The notes under the pieces are model-generated. The model was not told the origin of the DNA and made no database searches. It saw only the letters and a list, made by a program, of their open reading frames with translations. A stretch of 64,000 nt of DNA from Mantamonas sphyraenae STR306 (lineage: Eukaryota > Protista > CRuMs). A program made the translations under genes and the position numbers. Location of the stretch: the NCBI GenBank assembly GCA_026936335.1, contig JAPMXV010000013.1, positions 62,001 to 126,000 of the forward strand, in the 5' to 3' direction. Positions within the stretch are counted from its first letter, which is position 1, and each line of letters starts with the position of its first letter. Shown here one piece after another: positions 11,077-24,184 of this stretch.

Positions 11077-12097
11077 TCACATGAGTCCAGGCATGCGATC
11101 GGCAAGCAGGGAGGAGGAGGAGGAGGAAGATGATGATGATGAGAGGCCAGCAAGGCCCAGGAGGGAATCACTACCGTCGCCAAGCCCCATGGCAGACAGG
11201 AGATCGTTTGCAGTGTACGGAGCACCGTAGCCAGAAGCACCAAAGCGAGAGACATAAGCAGCCGCAATTGGGTTGTCGTGAGTGGGTTCTGCGCGAGAGC
11301 GAGCGCTAAACTCGTCGTACTCGGAGGAGTCGATCTGTGTGCCTCCCTGGGCTTGTTCCATCTGCATCTGTGCCTGCATGCGCTGCTGACGGTTGGCAGA
11401 ACTCAGGGTCTTTCCCAACACAATCTGCAGTCCTTCGATGGCGGCGAGAATGAGACCACCCATGCCGGCGGAAACGAGGGCGGGCATGATGCCACCGCGG
11501 ATAGCCAGCACACCACCTGTGATTGCACCGGCTGCAATGGAGTTCATGGGGCCCTCTTCCTGACGCAGGGCAATGATGGAGCATTCGACGGTGGAAAAGG
11601 TGACTCCCCAGACGGCAAAGGCCACTCCCAGCTGCGGACTGCGGTGAGCAATCGACACACGCATGCCGTGCAATCGTTGTCCTTGCGGCGAGTTGCGCAA
11701 CCCCTGTGCAGATGTGTGTGTGTGTGTGTCCATGTGTGTATGTGTGTGTGTGTCCATGTGGTCCGCCGTGCCACAGCCACGTGAGTCTGTGTGTCAGCAC
11801 CGTTGTCGAAAGCGCCTTCCGGTGGATTTCCTCCGACAAGCCTCTCCGTCCGGCCAGGCACGAGCACCCACGGCGAGCGTACAACCACACACGTGGCGAG
11901 ACATAGATGTGATGGAACGAACGCCGTGTTTCCATGGTGGATGCTGCAGGTGTGACCTGTTGACAAAAGGCTCCACGTACCTTGAACGCATGCCAGCCGC
12001 CACCGCCAACCACGCCCATAAGAAAAGCACCTCCAGCATCCTCAGGGATACGATAGGGGCAGGGGTGCCGTGTGTAGTCTTCGTGCTGACGTCCCAT
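11077..12097 (-). CDS. TIM17: Mitochondrial inner membrane translocase Tim17; exons 12097-11981, 11703-11077
   Basis: [58 protein letters not shown]. Confidence 0.93.
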
Positions 12098-12204
12098 GAT
12101 ACAACCTCTGTGTGTGTGTGTGTGTGGGGGGGGGGTAGCACTGGCTGCACCTGCGCTGCCAGCCTGAACCATCACCACCCAGCACACAGAGATCACACCA
12201 TCTC

Positions 12205-15200
12205 ATGAGCTTCCGAAAGAAGAAGAAGCCGTATCAGGTGCGTGTGCATGTGATCGAGGCACGCGAGCTCAAGGGGCGGGACTCGGGCGGGATGTCCGAT
12301 CCGGTGTGCCGCGTCACCTGCTTTGACAAGAAGCAGAGCAGCGACAAGTTTGAAAACTGCCTCAGTGCAGAGTTTGACAAGCTTTTCTTCTGGGAAAAGA
12401 CCATTGCCGAGTCTGAACTCGAGACTGCCAAGCTGACGTGAGTTTTTTGTGGTTTGGCGTTCCCCGACCTGCCATCATCTTCCGTCCCGCCTGCCCTTGC
12501 TGACACCAAGATCCTCCGCGACCCATGCGATGGACCTGTGCTGCTGCGCTGCAACGTCCTCCCTTCTCCCTGTCTCCTCGTCTCTCTTCTGTGTGCACTG
12601 TGCAGGTGTGAGGTGTGGGACGCAAACGCTTTCAAGGACACCCTGATTGGCGGCTACGAGTTTGACCTCAACTACGTGTACAACCAGTACGGCCACGAGC
12701 TGTGGAAGACCTGGGTGGCGTTGGCCGACACCACAGGCAAGTATGAAGGCATCCAGGTGAGTGCACATGTCCACACAGAGGCATGGTGGGGCCAGGGTGA
12801 GGCAGCGCATGCCCTCTCGTGAAAAAACGCGGGCGGCTCCTCGGGGAGGCGCAGAATCCGTCTGCGGGCCCTGGGCGACGCATGCGCGTGTGTGTGCACA
12901 GCAGACCGGTGGCAATGGATGTGTGGGAGGGTGCTGACACGTGTGATGTGTGTGTGTATGTGTGCAGGGCTATGTGAACCTGTCGATTTCCGTGTTGGCA
13001 GACGGCGACGAGCCTGTGGAGCACGATGAAGACGAAGACGACGACGACGATGGCGACCTGGGTTCCATGGTGCTGATGCCACCCAACATTGCCACAGAGA
13101 ACTTCTACCTCATCTGTCGCATCTACCGAGCAGAGGGCATCCCCAAGATGGACACGTTTGGGGCCACCGATGCGTACGTGCGTGTGACGTTTGGTTCGGA
13201 GCCGGTCAAGACGTCGGTGCGCAAAAAGACCCTCACGCCCGTGTGGAACGAGGAGGTGCGTGTGCCTGTGAAGCTTCCGGCCATGAGTGACCTGGTGCGC
13301 ATCGAGTTGTTTGACCACGATACGGCAGGGTCGGACGATCTGATTGCCACCAGCTTCATCAGCTTCGACAAGGTGATGAAGGGCGAGATTGCAGGCAGCA
13401 TGTGGATCAACTTCAACGGCGCACCCAAGGGTGGTTTCCAGGGCAAGGATGCAAAGGCCATGAATCAGGGCAAGGAGCCAGGCACAAGCTTTCGTGGGCG
13501 TGTGCTCTGCGATTTTTCGGTGGAAAAGACGGAGGAGGAACCCAAGGCGAGTGTCAACACATGCTACGGAGGCACAGAACCGCCTCTGGAGATGTATGTG
13601 GTGCGTTTCGATGTGTTTGAGGCCATCGAGGTACCGACCAAGCACCAAACCATGGTGGAGTTGTGTGTGGGCGAGGACGTCATCAGTTCGGGCTGGACGT
13701 CCACCAAGAAGGGCAAGGCCAGCTGGTACAAGAGCATTCCCGACAAGGAGTTGGCACTGCCTGCAGATCCCACACAACTGCCCACGTTTTTCATCAACCT
13801 CTACAGCAAGGGAGTCTTTGGCCGCTCACGCCTGGGAGTGATCAGCTTCGATGCTACAAAGATGATGGGCGATGACAACGATCCGCAGTGGGAACTGCTG
13901 TTTCCGGACAAATTGAACCGCAACCTGGGCGAAGGGTCGATTCCGGGCTTTCTGCTCTTTCGCCTCAACTTTGTCAACACTCGCGGAGGCGCACCGGTGG
14001 AACGAGAGGAGGTGAGCATGCCTGAGATGCAAACGTACGAACTGCGTGCTCATCTGTACCAGGCACGCGGCTTGCCTGCAGCCGACCCGACCGGCACCTC
14101 GGATCCGTACTGCGAGGTGCGCCTGGGTGACCAGTTGGCCATCACCACCACCAAACCAGCCACCTGCTTTCCCATTTGGTACGAAAGCGTGGTGCTCGAG
14201 GTGGAACTGCCCACAGACCTGTCGCTGGCACCCAACATCAATGTGCTGGTGTATGACGAGGACGAAGGATCGTCGCCAGACCTGCTGGGACGCATCAGCG
14301 AGTCGTGCATGAACGTGGTGGCAGACAGGCCTGCGTTCCCCACCTGGTACCCTGTGTACATGAGCAACCCCAGCGAGAGCGAAGGCGAGCTGCTGGCGTC
14401 CTTCCAGCTCATTCCCATCGAGGAGGCCCTGGAATACCCGGAAGAGGACATCACGCCGCCGTCCAAGCCCTCGTTCATCGAAATCAACGCCGTGGGCCTG
14501 CGCAACCTCATCTCTGTGGACCGCAAGCCCATCACAGAGTCGTACCTGACGATCGACTGCGGCGACATCGACAACATGGTCATCACGGCAGGGTCGTCCA
14601 CACCCAACGTGGAGAACCCCAACTTTCTGACCACGGAGAAGATCAGTGTGGACCTGCCGCGCAACCCGATGTTTGCCCCGTACCTGAACATCAAGGCGTT
14701 TGACACGCGCGGAGGCAAGGATCTGCTGTTGGGTGCCACCGCACTGCCTGTGGGGCCCATGCTGCCGTGGGGTGTGTCTGCAGAGGACGAGAAGCTGATG
14801 CGTGCAGGCAAGAAGAAGATCATGGGCAAGCTTGGCCAGCGACGCAAGAAGAACAAGAAGAAGAAGAAGCGCAAGAAGAAGGCAGCAGCGGGAGACGAGG
14901 CAGGCGCAAGCAACGACATTCCAGGTGACGTGGAAACCCTGGGGCTGGATGTGCAGGTGCAGGTGGGTGACGATGACGAGGAGGAGGAGGATATGGACGA
15001 GGACGCACCGCTGCTGGACAACGAGGCTGTCAGTGGCGCCGGAGTGGGACCTGCAGCAAGCACGGGAGACGATGGGGACGAGGAGGACGACGATGACGAT
15101 GGAGATGGAGAGGTGGAAGAGGTGGAAGTGGTCGTGGACGAGGGAGACGAGGAGGAGGGAGGCGAGGGCCAGGAGGGCGATTCGGAAAAGAAGAAGGAGG

Positions 15201-16667
15201 GCGAAGAGGGCGACGAAGGGGAGGAGGGGGAAGGAGGGCGAAGAAGGAGAGGAGGAGAAGAAGAAGGAAAAGAAGGAAGGGGAGGAGGATGAGGAGGGAG
15301 ACACGCTGGGGGAAGCCAAGCCGATTGCAAACATGGAGCGTGAGCTGGACGACCAGCCGTTTGAGCTGATCGATTTGTACAGGGGCTCGTCGAGGAGCAA
15401 GAAGAAGGGCAAGAAACTCAAGGTGACGGGCAAGCTGAAGGCGGCGGTGCAGGTGACGGAGAGCAAAAAGGGGGCCAAGTTCAACCTGGTGAAGATGTTT
15501 GCGCCCAAGTCGTACGTGGTGCGTGTGTACGTGCTGCGTGCACACAACCTGATGCCCAAGGACAGCAACGGGTTCTCGGACCCGTACCTGGAGGTGTTGT
15601 GGTCGGACAAGAAGGAGGATCGGATCAACGACCGGGACAACCACAAGGAGATGACGCTGAACCCGGGCTTCTACAGGGTGTTTGAGATCCCGCTGGAGAT
15701 TCCGGGCCAGTCCATGTTGACGATCAACGTGTGGGACTGGGACATGGGCATTGGGGGCGACGATCTGATTGGTGGCACAGTGATCGACTTGGAACACAGG
15801 CTGTTTTCGGACAAGTGGAAGGCGATGAACCCGAAGCCGATCGAGTACAGGCAGTTGTACAACACGGGCTCGTCGATTCCTCAGGGCAAGCTGGAGATGT
15901 GGCTGGAAATCATGACACCGGAAGAGGCCAAGGCGACGGCGCCGACAGCCATCGGACCGCCGGAGCCAAAGGACGCCGAGTTGCGACTGATCATTTGGGA
16001 CGCGTGGAACCTGACGCCCAAGGACACAGATGGGGACGAGCCGAAGAACGATGCGTTTGTGACAGCCAAGATTGGGGAGCTGAAGGAGCAGGAGACGGAA
16101 ATCCACTGGGTGTGCAAGGAGGGAGACACGGCAGTGTTCAACTGGCGCATGGTGTTTCCACTGCAGATTCCGATGGAGAAGTCGCGTCTGAGGCTGCAGG
16201 TGTGGGACAAGGATTTGGTGGGGAGCAACGACCTGATCGCAGAGGCGTCCATCGACCTGAAGAAGTTTTTCAACCGTTGCTACAAGAAAGATGAGACACA
16301 GCTGATGGAGGATCAGACGTTGACGCTGTTGCATCCCAACTTTGAGGGGCCGCAGGGCAAGCTGCGGTTCTCGCTTGCGGTGGTGCCGTCGCACGAAGCA
16401 GAGGCGCAAAAGGCAGGCGTGGGCCGCTCGTCACCCAACAAGTATCCGACGTTGGAGGAGCCCGAACGACCCGAGTACAGTGTGGATCCACGACGAGTGG
16501 ATAAGAAGGTTGGTGCGTGGGCCAAGGGCAAGATTTGGGAGCAGATCAAGAAGCGCATCATTGCCATTGTGCTGAGTGCACTGACCAGTCTGCTGGTGGC
16601 GCTTTGGTGGCTGCACATCTGGCCGTTCAGCCCTGATGGACCTCTGAAAATGGTGCCCCATCTGTAA
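12205..16667 (+). CDS. Ferlin family protein (multi-C2, C-terminal TM, no DysF seen: type II-like); exons 12205-12437, 12606-12756, 12968-16667 with an apparent +1 frameshift near 15226-15230
   Basis: Tandem C2 domains (SDPVCRV, TDAYVRV, SDPYCEV, SDPYLEV), FNWRMVFP, GVGRSSPN, C-terminal TM IIAIVLSALTSLLVALWW. ORFs 12950 and 14802 join if one G is removed from a G5 run. Confidence 0.9.
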
Positions 16668-16761
16668 TGTGTGTGTGTGTGAGAGAGAGAGAGAGGGGGG
16701 AAGAAGGGAAGGAGCGGGCGTGATGGGCACGCATTGCAATGCAACTCAAAAAAAGAAAATC

Positions 16762-17138
16762 ATGATGACGCGTGGACAGATCACACTGGTGCTGGTGGGC
16801 ATGCTGCTGATCCAGGGGATCAGTGCAGCAGGGCTGACGCCGCAGGCTGCGGCAGACAAGATCGACCGACTGCCCGGGATCAACGGCGACTCGTTCAACT
16901 TCAACCAGTACGCTGGCTACCTGAACGTGGACGAGACCAACGACCGCAACCTGTTCTACTGGTTTGTGGAGAGCGCAAGCAACCCTGCCACGGATCCTTT
17001 GATTGTAGGTGCACCTCACCAAGGCCAGAGAGGCGGACCGAGACCACCGAGGGCGCCGACGGGCCGTTTGAAGCAAAAAATGCAACCCAAGGCCGAGAGG
17101 GGAAATTGACGTGGGATATGACGCATGGGTACACGTGT

Positions 17139-17171
<33 letters not shown>

Positions 17172-18496
17172 CACTGACACGGACAAACACACGCGCATGT
17201 GGAGCACAGCTGTGGCTGCAGGGTGGCCCCGGGTGCAGTGGGCTGGGTAAGTTTTCGAAATCTAGAATCCACGCAAAAACGCGCGAGGCAAAAGGGAGGG
17301 AGAAGGAAATGAGGACTGACACAGACAGAGGTGGATGTGTGTATGGATAATGGACAGTGGGCTTCCTGAGCGAACACGGCCCTTTCTGGGTGACAGGCAA
17401 GGGAGGGGAAGCGGCGTTGCAGAACAACCCGGACTCGTGGAACAACCTGGCAAACGTGCTCTACATTGAGGCACCGGCGGGAGTGGGATTCTCGTACAGC
17501 AAGAACGCAAGCGACCTGAAGACGGGCGATGCCAAGACGGCGGAGGACAACTGGCGTGCATTGGAGCAGTTCTTTGCCAGGTTCCCGCAGTTTGCAGGCA
17601 ACAAGTTCTACGTGACGGGTGAGTCGTACGGTGGCCATTACGTGCCCGACCTCACCCTGAAGATTGTGGAGAAGAACCGTGCTGGACTCTCCAAGATCAA
17701 CCTGGGCGGGTTCATGCTGGGCAACCCTCTGATTGGCATGAGCGAAAACTCGCGCCAGGGCACATGGCCCACGTGGTTCACCCACGGCATGATTTCGCGT
17801 GCGACGTACGACAATCTGATGAAGGAGTGCCCGCAGCTGGAGAACCCAAGTGACGCATGCAACCGTGCCCAGAACGAGGCGGCGGTGGGACTGCGCAACA
17901 TCGACGTGTACGACCTGTACGTGGACGTGTGCAACGACGCACGCAGTGCCTCGTTGATGGAGATCAAGCGACGCATGCTGGAGTACATGCACAGTGGCAC
18001 GCCACGTGAGCAGCTGCTGGGCAAGCCTGCGGGACTGCCCTTTATGGCCTGTGTGGACCGATTCATGACCACGTACCTGAACCGAGGCGACGTGCAGCAG
18101 GCACTGCATGCGTCCACCAATGGACGTGGACAGGTGGAGTGGAACGAGTGCAGCAACACACTGCAGTACAGCGTGGCAGACACGAACATCAACATGATGC
18201 CTGCGTACCGCCAACTGCTGGCCCTGCCGGAGAAGTTGCACCTGTGGTGGTACAGTGGCGATCTGGACAGTGTGTGCCCGTACCTTGACACACAGCAGGC
18301 GCTGTTGTCGCTGAACCAGACGGTGGTGAAGGAGTGGCACCCGTGGATGGTCGACGGTCAGGTGGGTGGCTTCCTCACCCTCTTTGACACCTTTGGCTTC
18401 TCCACCGTGCGTGGTGCAGGCCACATGGTGCCCGAGTTCCAGCCCACTCGAGGTCTCGAGCTCCTGCGTCTGTACCTGGACCATGCAAGGAACTGA
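16762..18496 (+). CDS. Secreted serine carboxypeptidase, family S10; exons 16762-17004, 17210-17246, 17358-18496
   Basis: Signal peptide, QYAGYL, LFYWFVES, LWLQGGPGCSG, and catalytic motifs GESYGG, SGDLD and GAGHMVP. Confidence 0.95.
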
Positions 18497-18641
18497 TCAC
18501 CCCACACACGGCAAACAAACACAAAGAATGAAAATAATTGCCAATTGTTTTGAGTCTCTCTCCATCATCATCATGCCCACCACCGCGGAAAGGTCCAGCG
18601 CCGTTCGTTGTGCCTCTGTCCTCTCCTGCTCCTGCTTCCGC

Positions 18642-19601
18642 TCACTTGCCGTTGCTCTTGCTGCCACGGAAGCCGGGGATGATCATGAGCTTCTTGGGGA
18701 TGAGCTTAAAGGTGCGTGAAAAGACGACAAAGCGCTCACACAGGTGGGTTTCCTCCTCAAACTCATCAAAGATGTTGCGGTGGTGGAAGTAGCTGTGGGC
18801 AAAGATCCTGTACAGACGTCGAGCAATGGAGGAGAAATACTTGGTGCTCTCCTGCTTGATGGTCACCCGGGAACCAAACCACTTGTTGCTGTTCAGCATG
18901 GCCGACGTGCCATCCAGGGTGTGAAGGATGTAGTCGATGGCACAACACTCCCTCGGATCCTTGTGTGCAGCACACAGGTACATCCTGCACAAACACACAC
19001 ACACACACACACACATGCCACACGCACATGGCATTGGGTTGGTCCACTGCTGTGTGAGTGACAGTCGCCCATGGGCAGGCAAACGCGTGGGAAAGGCGGC
19101 TCTCTCTTCCTCGCCACTCACCATTCGTCCGTGGCGCGCATCTTTTCGCACGTGTCCTTTGTGCACTCCTCATCCAGTTTGACCACAAGCAGGTTGAGTT
19201 CGATGACGAATTGCCTGTGGTTGGAATGCGGCAGGTTTCGGCCCCCGTGACACGATGTACAAGGAATGGTGGGCACAGGCGTGTGAGTACGAGTGGAATT
19301 TCCCCTCCCGAGGCCCACGGTTCGCTCACTCTCTCCCTCTCTCCCTCTCTCTCCCTCTCGTCACTCACCTGAGGTGTTCATACTGCCAAACAGCCTGGTC
19401 CTGACGCTTGGGCAGGGCCACCAGCTTCTTGACGTCTGTGTTGTCCTCACGCACCAACTGCTGCAGGTACTGCTGAGCTTCGAAGCTGGAGTCCATGTCG
19501 CTCAGCTCCTGGTGCTCCCATTTGCTGATGTCCTCCAACTTGGTTCCCGGACGATTGCGCTGCTTGTTCTCCTCAGCCACCTCTTCTGTGGTGCTGCTCA
19601 T
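18642..19601 (-). CDS. MOB4: MOB4/phocein; exons 19601-19369, 19214-19122, 18984-18642
   Basis: RNRPGTK, MDSSFEAQQYLQQL, VWQYEHLRQF, YLCAAHKDPRECCAIDY, RRLYRIFAHSYFHH. Confidence 0.95.
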
Positions 19602-19744
19602 GATGGGGTGGGTGGTTGGTTGGTTGGTTTCGCTGCCGCCCTCGGCGACGCAACTGCCCCCAACCCACCTCTCTCTTTTTGTGCCCTCATCGTGCCCTTT
19701 CCGAGCGAGAGAGAGCTGAGGAGCAACGAGGACGCAGCAGAGGC

Positions 19745-21358
19745 ATGAGCAGAGAGGCATGGCTACGGACACGGCCCCAGCGAGACCGTGGTGGTCGCGG
19801 GCCAGGTCGGAGGACAAAGGACGAGACCTCGTCGACGACGACGACGACCAATTCAGGCAAGAGGCCCGTTCGGGCAAAGGACACAGACACAGGAAGTGGT
19901 CATCGACAGGACAATGGCAATGGGTCCACATGCGTATATGAGCATCGTGGAAGGGGGAAAGGGGCAAGGAGGAGATGGCTCAATGGCACAAGGGCCGCGC
20001 AAACGCAGGCCGGGTCGACGCGCCATCATGACGGCAACGACTTTCGTCGTCGCGAGAAGGATGGGCCTCCCACGGGGCAGGGGCAACGTGGGAGGGTGTG
20101 GGGAAAGGCGGGAACATGGACACACAAGCATCGGATGCTTGCAGAGTACTTATTGGTGACGGTGCTGCTTGTGGTGGCACAGGAGAGCGGTTTGCTGCTG
20201 GGCGGCGGGGGCGGGGATGGGGCCAACGGGGGGCCACCGGAGCGAGGAGGACTCTCGCTGTTTGTACAGGCACACAGCATTCGGACGCTACACACCAACG
20301 TGCAATTGGACAGCAATGGGACGGTGCACGTGCATGAACACATCGAGTATGCGTACGATGGGCCTGTGAGCACACACACGCGCTTTGTGACGCTGCGCAA
20401 CTGCTCGCGGAGCACACGCCTGACCTTTGTCTCTCTAAGTTCGCCCCACGTGCCCCTGGAACTTGTCCATCGCAACGAAATGCCTGTCATGGACTACGAT
20501 GGCGCACGCATCGGTATGCGTGTGCCCTTCCGGTTCCCACGCTCACAGACCAACGTGGCCATCGACTTGCGGTATCGGGTGGAACAGTGGGCCTGCGGCG
20601 TGCTTGCCTCCTCCTCCTCCTCCTCCCCGTCTCCATCCCATTCCCATCTCAACATCTCATGGCCACTTGTGGATGAGACATGGGATGCCCACGTGGCAAG
20701 TGCATCGGCCAACATCAGTCTGCCCTTTGCGGTGCCGGACGACGTCTCCCTGGACTCGCCGCTCAGCGTTTCGCCTCGCGCAGGCGCTTCTGTGTACAAA
20801 GCAAGATTCAACGCCAGCCAGAGTGCAGCTGCACAGGCGTGGCAGGTGGCACAGGGTTTGCAGGACGATGGGGCCACACACGAGGTGGTACGGGCGCCCA
20901 ACGTAGCCCCTGCCCCAAGCGGCACCCTACTGGACCGGTTGTTGCCTTGTGGCGACGCCACCCTTGCCTCGGCCACAAGCCAGTGTGTGCAGGTGGTGTT
21001 TGACGCACGTAGCATCACCCACAGCACGGCGGAGGTTGTGCCACCGGTCACGGTGACGGTGTTGGTGCCTGCAGCGGTGGTGACGGGGGCGGGCAATTTC
21101 AAGCCCAAGCTGGACAGCGTGTCCACCTGCTGCTACAGCTCGTCAGGCATCGATGCGTGGGTCATTGCCCTCATTCTCACCGGTGGGTTGGGTTCGTTCA
21201 TTTGTGCGTATCAGTGTCGCAAGTGGCATCGCAGGGCAAGCCAGGGGGTCGATCCCGTCGATTTCCACATCACCCTCTCCGAGAAGGATCTCGCGGATTT
21301 GCAGAAGAAGGCCACCCAATCGCCAGGGAAACGACGAGGCCGTTCCATCCTTTTCTAA
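19745..21358 (+). CDS. Membrane protein with a DUF2207-like extracellular domain and C-terminal TM
   Basis: IRTLHTNVQLDSNGTVHVHEHIEYAYDG..IDLRYRV..NISWPLVDETWD..ASANISLP resembles DUF2207. Hydrophobic segment after M20135 (alternative start, signal peptide) and TM WVIALILTGGLGSFIC. Confidence 0.6.
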   Translation: MSREAWLRTRPQRDRGGRGPGRRTKDETSSTTTTTNSGKRPVRAKDTDTGSGHRQDNGNGSTCVYEHRGRGKGARRRWLNGTRAAQTQAGSTRHHDGNDFRRREKDGPPTGQGQRGRVWGKAGTWTHKHRMLAEYLLVTVLLVVAQESGLLLGGGGGDGANGGPPERGGLSLFVQAHSIRTLHTNVQLDSNGTVHVHEHIEYAYDGPVSTHTRFVTLRNCSRSTRLTFVSLSSPHVPLELVHRNEMPVMDYDGARIGMRVPFRFPRSQTNVAIDLRYRVEQWACGVLASSSSSSPSPSHSHLNISWPLVDETWDAHVASASANISLPFAVPDDVSLDSPLSVSPRAGASVYKARFNASQSAAAQAWQVAQGLQDDGATHEVVRAPNVAPAPSGTLLDRLLPCGDATLASATSQCVQVVFDARSITHSTAEVVPPVTVTVLVPAAVVTGAGNFKPKLDSVSTCCYSSSGIDAWVIALILTGGLGSFICAYQCRKWHRRASQGVDPVDFHITLSEKDLADLQKKATQSPGKRRGRSILF

Positions 21359-21418
21359 GCAGGAAGTGTGTGTGGGAGAGGAGCGAATGCAGAGGTTGTG
21401 GTTGTTTGTTGTTGTTGT

Positions 21419-23649
21419 TCACCCTCGTCGACGCATGCCATTGCCACTGGGGGTGGCCAGTTTGAAGCCAGGAGGGAGCATGGAGGAGTTGAGGGAAGGG
21501 TCGGAGGATGGGGAGGTGGTGGTGGTGGGGGAGGTGGGGGAGGGTGCCAGGACGAAATCATTGACACGGGGAGTGGCATGGCCTGCGGCAACCAGACTCT
21601 CCTGGAGGGCAAGTTCACGCTCGTTGCGGTCGCGTTTGAGACAGTCGCGTACGTCGGGTGGGATGTCGTCGATGATGGTGGCGATGGCAAAGCGAACGCC
21701 GAGGACGATGTGTTCGATGGCGACAAAGACGGCAATCTCCGTGGCCAGGTCGGCGGAGGGGAAGTGTTGGTTAAAGACGGAGCTGGTGAGGATGAGAAAG
21801 GTGCAATTGGTCATGACAGCCACAGTGGCCATGAGTTCCATCACATTGAACCAGGTGCCAATGTTGGCGGCCTTGACCGGACGTGGGCGACGACACGTGT
21901 GCACCAACTTGAACGCATCACTGCGCACCTCCATCACATTGTTCAGCAGGGCGGCCAGGGCGGCAAGCGGGAAGGCAGGTGCGAAGAAGGTGACGTAGCC
22001 AAACTGCAACACCATCTCCAGGTAATCCTCGTTGGTGCTGCTGTACTCCTGCAACATCGACTCGGCCTCAATCTTGGGAATCTTGCCGCTGCCTGTGCCA
22101 TCGACATCGGTGCCACCACCGGTGCGCAGGCGTCGCTGGCGGAAGCGAGAGACGAGCCAGGGCAACAGGGTTTCACGCACATTGTCCAGGATCTGACGGG
22201 TGACCAGCAGGGCAGCCATCTGCTTCTGCAGCTGCTGCAGATCGCACTTCCAGAAGGCGGTGTAGAAGAGGGAGGCGTAGGAGTTGACAAAGTCAAACAG
22301 AACCACCTTCCAGATGAGATTGTTGTCGTGCTGCGACTCGGTGCGATAGTTCTCCCACGAGTTGAACCAGCTGGCCACGCGTTGGAAGATGGAGTTGAGG
22401 GCGGGCACGAGGGCACTGTACGCCACAGTGGGCAGATACTGGATGGCCCAGTGTTCCCTCTGCACGCGTTCCGCCAGCCAGAAGCTGGCAAACATGGAGG
22501 CAAACGAGAGCAGAAAGAGAGCCCCCAACACGGGGATGCTCACCAGAAACTTGAGATTCCGCTTGAGGGGCGAATACACATACTCTTTGTCGCCTGTGAT
22601 GGGGTTGTCCACAAGGGTGCCGTAGAACTCGGGCCGTTCCGTCTCGGTCACCTCGTAGTCCAGGGTGTGCCATCGGTATGCCAACCGGGCGTTCTCCCTC
22701 TTCCAATACTCCAGGAAACAGACACTCCACAGGGAAATGGCCACGGAGAAGAGGGGCACCCCAAGGTTGTCCAGGGTGGTCAGGTACTGGTACACGGCAA
22801 GGGCCACCCCGGCCACGGTGGGGAACACCAGCCAATGGGTGTAAAAGTCCAACCAGGCAAAGTACAGCGCAATCTTTTCCCCAAAGTAGTTGCGCACCTC
22901 GTCAATGGGCTGCGCCGCAAGCAGCGGTCGATGCACCCACGTTTTGTCCAACGCCGCCTTTTCCCTGCTCTTGTGCAGTGGGAATGCACTCTGCACGCTT
23001 CCTTCGCTCAGACACTGCGACACAATCGGTCTTCCATGCTCCACTGTCCCACCCATGTCCCTGCCCCGTCGCGAGCGCAGCCCTGCGATCGCATCCCACA
23101 CCAAACTCGTCCGCTCCGTCGTCGTCTGCGTCACACACACACACGCGCACGCACACGTGTGTGAGTCATGGAATGGGGTGTGTGTGAGGGGAAGAGGGAG
23201 AGAGGCAAGGGAAGGGTCCTACGTAGCCCCATTCCAACACAAGGAGGGGAGGGGGGAAACGGGGCCTGGGCACGTACGAAAAACGTGGGCGGGTCTTCGA
23301 TCCCTTCAAAGCGCTCACAGTTGGCGACGGCAAAGTCAGAGACGCCGCCTAGTTTGAGGCGCTTCTGCATGTGGACACGCTCGGCAGTGCGCATGAGCTT
23401 GTCAAACGGTGCCTTGATCTTGACAAAGACGGTTTTGGCGTCGCTGCTTCGTGTGCGTGAGACGCCAAAGCCTTCGTGACGAAGGAGATCCACAAGGGCG
23501 CCCTGGTGGCCCTGGTGCACCTCATCGTCCGCCTTGAACACAAGAATGTAATCGGTGGGGTCTTTCAACGCAGCCGCACTCTTCTTGCCCGACGATGCTC
23601 CAGCACGAGGCGGTGTGGACGGCAACGAGCGCACGGGGGTGCTTGTCAT
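21419..23649 (-). CDS. Anoctamin/TMEM16, ANO8/ANO10-like; exons 23649-23278, 23125-21419
   Basis: FPLH, QPIDEVRNYFGEKIALYFAWL, FLEYWKR, WENYRT, DYLEMVLQFGY, EVRSDAFKL, IGTW. Confidence 0.95.
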
Positions 23650-23866
23650 CGTGTTGTGAGGCAGGGCAGGGCAGGCAGCACGTTTTGGGTTGGTGAAAAG
23701 TGCGGGAACGCGCGTGCATTCATTTGGGGGTGGGGGGGGGATGCCACATGCTCGGTGAGGACACAGAGACACGTGGGGAGTACTGCAGTAGGTGTGCAAC
23801 AGGGTTGAGTTTGCGGTGGGGAGCCACGGAGAGTTTTGCGGTCCGGGATTGGCCTTCGCACACACG

Positions 23867-24184
23867 TCAAACAGCCGTGGGCCCAGCAGATTCACCCTCT
23901 GAGGAGGATGTGGACGCAGTGGTGGATTCTTTGGTTGATGAGGAGGAGGAGGTTGTGCCGGATGAGTCCTTGAGGTAGTTTGTGCGATATTTGTTCGCGT
24001 TCTTCTTCTTGCCGTCCCGGGACTTTGTTTTGTTGATGGCCACAAACATGATGGCCAGACCGACAAAGAGAAGAGGGATGCCTGCTCCCTGCAGACCCTC
24101 ATTGATGAGGATAATGGCGCCGATGACGCATCCCAGAAAGAGCAGGAGGGCAATGAGACGCTTGTGATTGCCGGTGAGTTCCAT
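23867..24184 (-). CDS. Small two-TM hypothetical protein (105 aa)
   Basis: Two clear hydrophobic helices followed by a basic, Ser/Thr-rich tail. ATG 24184. Confidence 0.6.
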   Translation of the reverse strand: MELTGNHKRLIALLLFLGCVIGAIILINEGLQGAGIPLLFVGLAIMFVAINKTKSRDGKKKNANKYRTNYLKDSSGTTSSSSSTKESTTASTSSSEGESAGPTAV

